From a virus (Duplodnaviria > Caudoviricetes), in the IMG/VR virus record IMGVR_UViG_3300032170_000078, positions 1 through 55,801 of that record: DNA of 55,801 bases. One strand, 5' to 3'. The translations under genes and the position numbers were made by a program. Below are positions 9,069-16,386 of this stretch, in pieces. Under the pieces are notes generated by a model. It was not told the DNA's origin and ran no database searches. It saw nothing but the letters and a program-made list of their open reading frames with translations. Each line of letters starts with the position of its first letter. The stretch's first letter is position 1.

Positions 9069-9306
9069 TAACCCTGTTCAGTGCCAAATGGCTAAGAGAG
9101 AGCTCTGTACTTGTGCCTGTGGTGGGGCCAACCACAGTGTCCTTAGAAAGATGATGGACAACCCTGAGACTCGTGAGGATGCGGAGCTGCAACTCAAAGA
9201 GCTCAGGAAACGTCAGACAGAGCTAAAGAAGCAGAAGAGGATTGAGCGGAGGAAGAAGAGAGCAGAGAAGAAAAAGACAACTAAGGAGGAGACATATGAG
9301 TTATAA
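9055..9306 (+). CDS. Cys-rich basic protein
   Basis: C..A....CTCACGGANH motif followed by a basic coiled coil. Confidence 0.55.
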   Translation: MPNCSNPVQCQMAKRELCTCACGGANHSVLRKMMDNPETREDAELQLKELRKRQTELKKQKRIERRKKRAEKKKTTKEETYEL

Positions 9307-9604
9307 GACTGTAGAACTGGATCCCTGTGAAGACCCCGTAGCCAGAGTGAGGAAAATGGTGAAGAAGGGTCAAAGGGTACTTTCTATCCAGGTCGAGGAG
9401 TATCCAAGGGACGTAACTTCTGAGTGTACTGCGGAGTTAGTTCGGTCCAGGCATAGTGAGGGTTACTACTGCTCCGTAATATACAAGGGAAGATCTATAC
9501 TTGCGCTGGGTATAGATGACCTGAGTAAATGCATTCTGAAGCCTGGATATAGGATAGTAAAGGCAGAGAATGCTTCAGTAAGCTTTCGGGTCTTAAGAAC
9601 CTGA
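9296..9604 (+). CDS. Hypothetical protein
   Basis: ATG after AAGGAGGAG. Confidence 0.55.
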   Translation: MSYKTVELDPCEDPVARVRKMVKKGQRVLSIQVEEYPRDVTSECTAELVRSRHSEGYYCSVIYKGRSILALGIDDLSKCILKPGYRIVKAENASVSFRVLRT

Positions 9605-9642
9605 AGAGAGGCTTAGTTAGTAACATAAGGAGGAAGCTGGAG

Positions 9643-9900
9643 ATGGTGAAAAAGATATGTCTAAAGTGCTTGAATATATCTTACTTGGATGACAAGGAGT
9701 ACTGCGACTACTGTGGACGCAAGTTAGTTGAATTCTCCCTTGTCTGCGAATGTGGTGGGGAGCTTAGGCCGCATTTCTGGCCTAGGTTTTTTCGGCCCTG
9801 GGGTAAGTCAATAACCAACAAGCATTGCCCTTCCTGCGGTAGGAACATCGGGAAGAGGGTATGGGACTGTATTAAAATCTTGAAGGAGACGGCACAATAA
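9643..9900 (+). CDS. Double zinc-ribbon protein
   Basis: CLKC, CDYCG, CECGG, CPSCG. Confidence 0.6.
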   Translation: MVKKICLKCLNISYLDDKEYCDYCGRKLVEFSLVCECGGELRPHFWPRFFRPWGKSITNKHCPSCGRNIGKRVWDCIKILKETAQ

Positions 9901-9917
9901 CATAAGGAGGATCTTCT

Positions 9918-10502
9918 GTGAACTGTCCTCGTTGCGGGCTTAACCTAGAAGTGAAGGAGATCCAGGAGTTCGATGGCTTTGCTCTAGTTCACAGGTATTG
10001 TCTCCATTGTAGAATAACTTGGATATTAAAGCATCAAGGGGGTTTCATTGTGTCAGTAACTCAAGAGGGGGTGACAACTCCAGAGGTAGGAGAGACTCCT
10101 GGCTTTGATTATAAATGTCCCCATTGTGGGTTTGAGAGTACTGTGTATACAGCCCTTCAAGTTTATACCGGTTGGAAATGCTTACAATGTGGAAAGATAG
10201 TCCCCAATGAATATCTCAAACCCAGGGGCGACTTCAGGCTAACTCCACCTAGGGTTATTGTATCTAGGTCTAGAGGGGGTACCCGCAGAGTATCCACCTA
10301 TCAGAGAGCCCCAAGAGTCTCTAGGCCCATACCCGCGGGAGCAATCCCATTAGCTCAACTAGCCCAGGAAATGAAGGTAGAGCCCAAGAGACTACGTTCC
10401 TGGCTTCGCAAGGTTGGGTGGAGGAAACCGGAAGAAGCTGGGAGTGGATGGTATTTCTCACCGGATGAGGCTAAAGAAGTAGCTAAAAACTTTGGGAGGT
10501 AA
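9918..10502 (+). CDS. Two Zn ribbons plus C-terminal HTH
   Basis: CPRC/CLHC, CPHC/CLQC; 'LAQEMKVEPKRLRSWLRK...WYF'. Confidence 0.65.
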   Translation: MNCPRCGLNLEVKEIQEFDGFALVHRYCLHCRITWILKHQGGFIVSVTQEGVTTPEVGETPGFDYKCPHCGFESTVYTALQVYTGWKCLQCGKIVPNEYLKPRGDFRLTPPRVIVSRSRGGTRRVSTYQRAPRVSRPIPAGAIPLAQLAQEMKVEPKRLRSWLRKVGWRKPEEAGSGWYFSPDEAKEVAKNFGR

Positions 10503-10505
10503 CGT

Positions 10506-10673
10506 ATGGTAATTATGACTGCGGAGGAGACCTGGAAACCTGATTGCGAAATCTGTCACAGGAGAGTATCCGTAACCTTCAGGTGCTCCCAGTGTAGACG
10601 AAGGGTATGCCGAGATTGTCTTTCCCATCTTGTTGGATTGGTTTGTGTGGAGTGTAATAAGAAAGGAGGTTGA
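10506..10673 (+). CDS. B-box-like zinc-finger protein (55 aa, not in ORF track)
   Basis: CEIC..RCSQCRRRVCRDC..VCVEC. Confidence 0.55.
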   Translation: MVIMTAEETWKPDCEICHRRVSVTFRCSQCRRRVCRDCLSHLVGLVCVECNKKGG

Positions 10674-10674
10674 G

Positions 10675-10869
10675 GTGAATGGACTAACGAAGCGAGAGCT
10701 GGAAGTATTAAGGCTCATCGCCCATGGGCTTAAGAATAAGATGATTGCGGAAGAACTCGGCACCGTACATCATACGGTGAAGTGCCAGGTCAGTAGTATT
10801 TTAATCAAACTGGAGGCGAAAAACAGGGCACACGCTGTATTTTTAGCAATAGAGAGAGGGCTATTGTAA
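10675..10869 (+). CDS. Stand-alone LuxR-type HTH regulator
   Basis: LTKRELEVLRLIAHGLKNKMIAEEL...TVK...KL...NRAHAV. Confidence 0.9.
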   Translation: MNGLTKRELEVLRLIAHGLKNKMIAEELGTVHHTVKCQVSSILIKLEAKNRAHAVFLAIERGLL

Positions 10870-10902
10870 GCGTATAACCTACGTTACACGCAGAGGAGGA
10901 AA

Positions 10903-11115
10903 ATGATTAAGGGAGTAAGAATATTTGAAGACCTGCATTCACTTGCCCATAGATGGGTCCAATATGCCTCTGAAAATTATCCTATTTCTTTTGAAGAATT
11001 CTTGAAAGAGAAGGAGCCGAGCCGGTATCAGCGGCTATACAATCTCTTCTGTTTCGCACAGGAGCAAGTCGACCAGGAGGTAAATGAGATATCGGAGGAA
11101 AAGACTAGCCTATAA
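10903..11115 (+). CDS. Hypothetical protein
   Basis: ORF after the CTACGTTACACGCAGAGGAGG repeat. Confidence 0.55.
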   Translation: MIKGVRIFEDLHSLAHRWVQYASENYPISFEEFLKEKEPSRYQRLYNLFCFAQEQVDQEVNEISEEKTSL

Positions 11116-11144
11116 GCTACATTACATGCAGAGGAGGTAAAGAA

Positions 11145-11666
11145 ATGAAAACAGTTGATATTAGTGGTTTTGGTGGCAGCTATGAGGCAGGTTGCCAAAA
11201 GATGCTCTTACAGGGCTTAAAGTTCCTCAACGAACACCCAAACTTTGATTGGAGCGCTTACAAGGAATACAAGGGGGTCTTTGGACTAACTATAGCTGAA
11301 AGCTCTGAGGCTAAGGAGCTTGATGACGCTGTGTGCCAAGATGTTGAACCATCTGGGGCGATGCACAGCGCTGTTATTAACCATCTAGCTTACATAAACA
11401 AGCATGGCTATGATGCGTGGCTTGCTGAAGCAGAGAAGCAAGGCATGACTATCTATGAACAACCCGGTGAAGAGGAGTTGGACAAAACAATTCTCATAGC
11501 CCAGATTGAATGGCAAATAAAACTAGATGGTGGCTACAACCCGATGGCAGAACTTTTTAAGAATATTCCATCAGAAGGTATTGTTTGGGTTGACCCAAAA
11601 GACTCGGAGAGTATGAGAAAGGCTGCTGAGGAAATAGCTAGAAGGATTAAAGATCTGGGTATGTAA
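11145..11666 (+). CDS. Hypothetical protein
   Basis: 173-aa ORF after the CTACATTACATGCAGAGGAGG repeat. Confidence 0.65.
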   Translation: MKTVDISGFGGSYEAGCQKMLLQGLKFLNEHPNFDWSAYKEYKGVFGLTIAESSEAKELDDAVCQDVEPSGAMHSAVINHLAYINKHGYDAWLAEAEKQGMTIYEQPGEEELDKTILIAQIEWQIKLDGGYNPMAELFKNIPSEGIVWVDPKDSESMRKAAEEIARRIKDLGM

Positions 11667-11717
11667 TGTGGGTTACACCTAGGTTACTAACCTGCAAATA
11701 CAATTTTATCCCGATCA

Positions 11718-11746
11718 TTGACATTTCGGTTACTCTATGATACAAT
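11718..11746 (+). promoter_or_regulatory. sigma70-type promoter
   Basis: TTGACA-N17-TACAAT with TG extension. Confidence 0.8.
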
Positions 11747-11785
11747 GACACTATCAAAGATAATACTTACGAAAGGAGGTAAGCT

Positions 11786-12061
11786 ATGACAGGGGAGAAA
11801 GCAAAGACCCCGGAAAAGAAGGAGCCCGAAATGGTGGCCTTGAAAGAGGTTGCCAAGAAGGCGGGGGTAGAGCCCCGGGAAGCCCGCTCTATCCTGAGGA
11901 AACTAGCCGCTCGTGGAGAGGGGGAGAAGAGGCAGCGGTGGCAGTTCCTTCCTAAGGAAGTGGACTCGGTGGTCTCCAAGATCAAGGGTGCTGTAGCTGA
12001 GAAGGCTAAGGCCAAGGAAGCTAAAGCGGCGGCGGCAGCGGAAGAAGAAGAGGGGGAGTAA
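11786..12061 (+). CDS. Small HTH DNA-binding protein with Lys/Ala/Glu tail
   Basis: 'LKEVAKKAGVEPREARSILRK...RWQF'; paralog of 1025-1255. Confidence 0.65.
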   Translation: MTGEKAKTPEKKEPEMVALKEVAKKAGVEPREARSILRKLAARGEGEKRQRWQFLPKEVDSVVSKIKGAVAEKAKAKEAKAAAAAEEEEGE

Positions 12062-12069
12062 ATCTAAGG

Positions 12070-12292
12070 CTTAGGGAGAGGGTTCTGCACACCAACGAGT
12101 CCTCAGAGAAGGCACTTAGTGCTCAGAAAGGGACCCGCAAAAGCACGGTAAGGACGGCAAAGGGAGGTCGTGACCCTCTTCCTAGGGATTTCTGGCCCTA
12201 GCTTGAGTGCCTGAGTCGTTGCTAGGTTTGAGACCTAGACCTAATTCAGGGTAAATGGATTTGGGATTAAGAACAGCTCTAGCTAGGGCTCC
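12070..12292 (+). ncRNA. Candidate structured non-coding RNA A
   Basis: Nested stems 12072-83/12173-84, 12195-203/12281-89, 12210-16/12243-50, 12222-27/12233-38; no ORF. Confidence 0.5.
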
Positions 12293-12310
12293 TCCGGTTC
12301 CTTCATAGCT

Positions 12311-12338
12311 TAGCCCCATTAGGTTTCTAGTGGGGCTA
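12311..12338 (+). terminator. Strong hairpin (terminator or RNA 3' end)
   Basis: TAGCCCCATTAG/CTAGTGGGGCTA stem; weak U tract. Confidence 0.45.
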
Positions 12339-12359
12339 GGTTGTATGTATTGGGCTTAA

Positions 12360-12388
12360 TTGACAAAGAGGACTGTATAGGATATAAT
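12360..12388 (+). promoter_or_regulatory. sigma70 promoter (perfect consensus)
   Basis: TTGACA-N17-TATAAT. Confidence 0.85.
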
Positions 12389-12397
12389 AGCATAGTA

Positions 12398-12589
12398 ATG
12401 AATACAATGGCATCAAGTTACACCCCAAAAGAAGTAGCTACGGAATTGGGAATTAACCGGAAGACTGCTTACCGTTGGATAAAACAGGGTTTGATGGGTG
12501 CTGTAAAGTTGGGGGGCCGATACCGTGTGTCTCCCCAAGAGGTAGACCGTCTTAGGAGGCTGTCTGGTGGCAGACCGGATAACTCTTAG
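12398..12589 (+). CDS. Excisionase-like (HTH_17) DNA-binding protein
   Basis: YTPKEVATELGINRKTAYRWIKQG...KLGGRYRV; start placed downstream of the promoter. Confidence 0.8.
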   Translation: MNTMASSYTPKEVATELGINRKTAYRWIKQGLMGAVKLGGRYRVSPQEVDRLRRLSGGRPDNS

Positions 12590-13406
12590 CCCTTCTAGGG
12601 TAAAGCGTTGGGTTCGTTGTAAGAGGACCTATTACTGGCGCTATAATCGGAAACTAGTCCGCATACGGAAGGAAGCTCCAATGGAACTGGGGCTGGTGGT
12701 TGGGGGCGCCCTAGCTGAGTATTATAAGCTCCAACCTGATGAGAGGAGCTTTGAAGTTCTCACTTCTACCTGCCTAGGCAAATCTGTCAAGTCTAATCTT
12801 CCCAAGGTCCAGGGGGAAAAGTCCAAAGGGAGGGAAAAGATAGTAAGGACCTCTGGTCTCCTGCTAGCTCACTACCATGACTGGGCCATTGAGAAGGACG
12901 ACTTTGATGTGGTTATGGTGGAAACTAGTCACCAGGTAGAGCTAACTCCTGAGATCTCATTGTTAGCTATCCCAGATGCTAATGTGATAACCCCTGAGGA
13001 AATGCCTCTTATCCTGGAGCATAAGGTCAGATATAGATATCGCCCAGGGGACTTTGGTATAGACTACCAATCTGTAGCATCTTGTATAGTCTCCAATGCT
13101 ATTGGCACTCTTTATAACGTCTTAGAATACGGCAAGGGGAAATACCATAGAGAGCCAATAATAAGGTCTGAACAAGAACTAGATTATTTCAAAGATATGT
13201 TCATCCACATTGGACAAGACATCCTTTCAAGTCCGCCCGAGAGGATGTATCCCATGCCATTTAAGCGTTGTAGTTGTGAATACTGGGAGCTATGTAATGG
13301 TGAGATGCAGGGCTTGGACCTGGATGATATTATTTCGGAGCTATACCAGCCCAGTTCAGGTAGAGCCCAAGAAAAGGTTATGAGGGAAATGGAGAAGGAG
13401 GATTAG
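12567..13406 (+). CDS. PD-(D/E)XK (RecB/Cas4-like) nuclease
   Basis: LSPSRV..W..C; 'IPDA..ILEHK'; C-terminal CSCEYWELC. Confidence 0.8.
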   Translation: MADRITLSPSRVKRWVRCKRTYYWRYNRKLVRIRKEAPMELGLVVGGALAEYYKLQPDERSFEVLTSTCLGKSVKSNLPKVQGEKSKGREKIVRTSGLLLAHYHDWAIEKDDFDVVMVETSHQVELTPEISLLAIPDANVITPEEMPLILEHKVRYRYRPGDFGIDYQSVASCIVSNAIGTLYNVLEYGKGKYHREPIIRSEQELDYFKDMFIHIGQDILSSPPERMYPMPFKRCSCEYWELCNGEMQGLDLDDIISELYQPSSGRAQEKVMREMEKED

Positions 13407-13679
13407 ATGACAGAAGTAATGGAACAAGTAATAACAAAGATAAGGGAAATTATCAAGAAGCGGAAAAAGTTAGATTACGATGATTACTGTGTGGGCTTTG
13501 AGAGTTACGGTATTGAAGAGGAAATCCTCTCCATCCCTGAAATCCTCATCAAAGATCGAAATCAGCACCTTGATAGCTTTCTTAAGATTGTCGGGAAACG
13601 ATATCCTGAGTTCCTAGAAGTAATCAAGAAAGAAAACTGGGCCAAGGTGCTACCAAAGGAGGTGACCAATGACAACTGA
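13407..13679 (+). CDS. Hypothetical protein
   Basis: Translationally coupled ORF. Confidence 0.5.
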   Translation: MTEVMEQVITKIREIIKKRKKLDYDDYCVGFESYGIEEEILSIPEILIKDRNQHLDSFLKIVGKRYPEFLEVIKKENWAKVLPKEVTNDN

Positions 13680-14598
13680 AGAAGCCGTAGAGGAAAAACC
13701 CGCTGAGGTAAAACCCGAGGAGGTAAAAGCAGAGGAGAAACCTAAAGAGGAAAAACCCGCTGAGGTAAGGACCTTCCAGGTTAGAACACGCAGCTCCGAA
13801 GACAAAGCCAAATACCTCAACATCCTAGCCCATGGAGATAGTGGAGTGGGAAAGACTATGTTTTGTGGGACCATGATTAAGACTGGATTAAAGGTCCTAT
13901 ACATAGTTCTTAATGAAGATGAGCTAACGACCCTAGACCAGGCTGGGATAACTGGTTACGACTACCAGCTCATAACTGACTACGGAAGGCAACTCTGGCC
14001 CCTCTATCTGGCCCTCAGGAGGAACAAGCCGGGGTATGAGGGGGTGGTCTTTGATGGCCTTGGAGACTTCCAACAGGCGGCCAAGGACTATGAGCTCGCG
14101 GCTGGTGAAGGCGTCGGAGTTAAGTTCATGGAGGAGGCTATGAAAGGTGGTCGTAGAATGTATCTCCAAAACTGGGGTAATCTCCTGGAGATGACTCGGC
14201 ACTTCCTGGACCCATTCCTAAAACTCCCAATGCACAAGATCATTACCTGTATTTCCGAGCCTGATGATGACCCAAAGACGGGAAAGACCAAAATCTACCC
14301 TGCTCTTCAAGGGTCTCTCCAACAACTTATTGCAGCTCACTTCTCGGTCGTTGGGTACAGCTACATAGCCCATTGGGGTCCTAAAACCTATTACTGTCTC
14401 ACAACTCAACCACATGAAGCCCTATCCACTAAGGACCGAACTGGCCTATGTAGGGTCCTACCAAATCCTCAGTTCAAGACCTTTTTGGATGCCCTAGAGG
14501 GCAAGATACCAAAGCTTGACGAGCTACAAGAGAAGCTCGCTAGGGCTTTAGTTTTGAGGCCACAGGCCACCACTATTACACAAAAAGGAGGTGATTAG
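13669..14598 (+). CDS. AAA_24 / Sak4-like recombination ATPase
   Basis: Walker A GDSGVGKT, Walker B VVFDG, 'PALQG', 'KDRTG'; lies between nuclease and SSB-like gene. Confidence 0.8.
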   Translation: MTTEEAVEEKPAEVKPEEVKAEEKPKEEKPAEVRTFQVRTRSSEDKAKYLNILAHGDSGVGKTMFCGTMIKTGLKVLYIVLNEDELTTLDQAGITGYDYQLITDYGRQLWPLYLALRRNKPGYEGVVFDGLGDFQQAAKDYELAAGEGVGVKFMEEAMKGGRRMYLQNWGNLLEMTRHFLDPFLKLPMHKIITCISEPDDDPKTGKTKIYPALQGSLQQLIAAHFSVVGYSYIAHWGPKTYYCLTTQPHEALSTKDRTGLCRVLPNPQFKTFLDALEGKIPKLDELQEKLARALVLRPQATTITQKGGD

Positions 14599-14661
14599 GG
14601 ATTAGAGAAAATGTGGATAATGTTCTTAGACTGGAAATAAAAAAACATAAGGAGGAAACCA

Positions 14662-15129
14662 GTGGCTAAAGAGGAAAAAGAGAAGGAAGTAGGTCCAGGG
14701 GCTTGGGAAATTCCCATCCCAGAGGGTGCTGAGTTTGGGGGATTACCCCCAGGAACTTATCTTTCCAAATGCATTGAGGAGCCCAAGGAGAGTCTGTCTA
14801 GCAAGGGTGAACCCCAGACCGAGTTCCAACTTGCCGTTTCTGATCCAGACTACCCAGAGTACGAGGGGAGAGAGGGCCGGTATTGGTGCTCAAGGAAACC
14901 AAAGGCCTGGTGGAATATCACTCAGACACTAGATGCTATGGGTGTGGCTTATGAGATCGACAAGGAGAAGAAGATCTTCCGGTTTGACCCTATGGACTGC
15001 GTGGGAGCTATATGTAAGACTGTTTGGGCAGAACAGACCTTTGAGGGTAGGACACGCAGTCGCATCCAGCGGATTATCTCGGCTACTGAGGAGGTAGAGG
15101 ACCTTGGTGGGGAAGAAGCCCCATTCTAG
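14662..15129 (+). CDS. DUF669-like single-stranded DNA-binding protein
   Basis: 'LPPGTY', beta-rich core, acidic tail ending EEAPF. Confidence 0.7.
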   Translation: MAKEEKEKEVGPGAWEIPIPEGAEFGGLPPGTYLSKCIEEPKESLSSKGEPQTEFQLAVSDPDYPEYEGREGRYWCSRKPKAWWNITQTLDAMGVAYEIDKEKKIFRFDPMDCVGAICKTVWAEQTFEGRTRSRIQRIISATEEVEDLGGEEAPF

Positions 15130-15151
15130 GTGGGTAACTTAACAGTTGAAT

Positions 15152-15442
15152 AGCTTGCTGGTGTCCCCGAATCAATATCGGAATTGACTTAAGCATAGGG
15201 GCGAAAGGAAACCGAGCCAGCAAAGGTGCCAGCTAGTCATAAGGGTGAAAAGAGAGGTCATTTTGGTACGTAGCCTTTCCTGTTCTCAATAAATAAGCTA
15301 ATGATACAGGGGACTAACTTACTAGTTGGCACGGAACATTCCTAACCGTTGAGCTTGCATGACGGCTAGGTTGTTCAACCTGAGTGAGAGCGCAGAGTCG
15401 CAGCCGCTGGCAGTGGCACGTCACAGCCTGCAGGCTCAGGCT
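15152..15442 (+). ncRNA. Candidate structured non-coding RNA B
   Basis: Four consecutive closed domains: 15155-61/15217-23, 15226-37/15321-32, 15334-51/15360-76, 15379-85/15434-40. Confidence 0.55.
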
Positions 15443-15462
15443 TTGGGAAGGAAATTGATAAC

Positions 15463-16119
15463 ATGCTCGATAAATACATCGACGGTAGGGGAGAGAAGTG
15501 GCAGGATTGGGTGGAGAAATTCCTGACCTACGGTTGGCAGAGGCAACAGCTCGACGCCGGTGACTTCCTCTTCTATGCTTCCGATGAAAAGTCCGTTGGG
15601 ATAGAATGCAAGACTGTGGACGATTTAACTTCTCGTCTTGGGGATGCCAGGAGGGAATTGTCCCAGCTTATTGATAACGTGGACATTCCCATACTCCTTG
15701 TATTTAATAGGTGGCTTCGACGTTCCAATGACTTACTCATTGGGGGACAGCAACATCTCACATGGGGCCATTTGTGGAACCTTATTCAGACGTTTCAGGA
15801 CTCAGGCCTCAGGTTCCAACTAGCCACTTCTCGCGAACATGCCTTCCTTCGCATTAACCAGCTCTATGCTTATTACCAAAAGGGAGAACATACCAGTGCT
15901 CTTGTGGCTAGAAGGGCAGCCACTGATAGAAGAATAGCTAGCTTGATGCCCATACCTGGGATTTCAAAGAAACTGGGGGCAGCTCTCCTGAAGAACTTCG
16001 GGAGTCTTCAGGCGGTAGCTCAAGCGACAGAGCATGATCTGGCCACGACCCCACTAATTGGTCCTTCAAAAGCTAGGATGGTCCACAACTGGATGAGAAG
16101 GAAGGAGGCCTACAAGTAA
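15463..16119 (+). CDS. ERCC4/XPF-family endonuclease with (HhH)2 domain
   Basis: 'LDAGDF', 'IECKTVDDL', 'IPGISKK', 'IGPSKA'. Confidence 0.85.
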   Translation: MLDKYIDGRGEKWQDWVEKFLTYGWQRQQLDAGDFLFYASDEKSVGIECKTVDDLTSRLGDARRELSQLIDNVDIPILLVFNRWLRRSNDLLIGGQQHLTWGHLWNLIQTFQDSGLRFQLATSREHAFLRINQLYAYYQKGEHTSALVARRAATDRRIASLMPIPGISKKLGAALLKNFGSLQAVAQATEHDLATTPLIGPSKARMVHNWMRRKEAYK

Positions 16120-16320
16120 GTGAGTCCCATTAAATCATTAGGCTTTACCCCAGAACTTATCGGTAGGTTGGAGGCAAGAAAAGATAAGAATTCATATTGG
16201 GAGAAGGCCCACCAGTTTGTTATGGATGTACGGGAAAAGCCTCTGGATTCTTTAACTCTTAAACAGAGAAACTGGTTGGTGGGGGTCTTGGATGACCTAA
16301 AGGAACCTTGGGAGACCTAG
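16120..16320 (+). CDS. Hypothetical protein
   Basis: Coupled GTG-start ORF. Confidence 0.5.
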   Translation: MSPIKSLGFTPELIGRLEARKDKNSYWEKAHQFVMDVREKPLDSLTLKQRNWLVGVLDDLKEPWET

Positions 16321-16328
16321 GCTCTTCA

Positions 16329-16357
16329 TTGCAGGAAAGGTAAGGGTTTGCTATAAT
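16329..16357 (+). promoter_or_regulatory. sigma70-type promoter
   Basis: TTGCAG-N17-TATAAT with TG extension. Confidence 0.65.
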
Positions 16358-16386
16358 AGAGTATAGAATAACCTAAGGAGGCTACC

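Noticed and set aside
12567-13406. Cas4-like nuclease suggesting a CRISPR-Cas locus
   Set aside because: No repeat-spacer array or other cas genes; the context is a phage recombination module.
13689-13768. 23-bp direct repeat in the ATPase 5' end
   Set aside because: It encodes a low-complexity EEKPAEV duplication in a disordered N-terminal tail.
12062-15462. tRNA, tmRNA or self-splicing intron in the structured gaps
   Set aside because: I found no T-loop GTTCRA cloverleaf, tag reading frame or group I/II catalytic motifs by eye, and the flanking genes are not interrupted.
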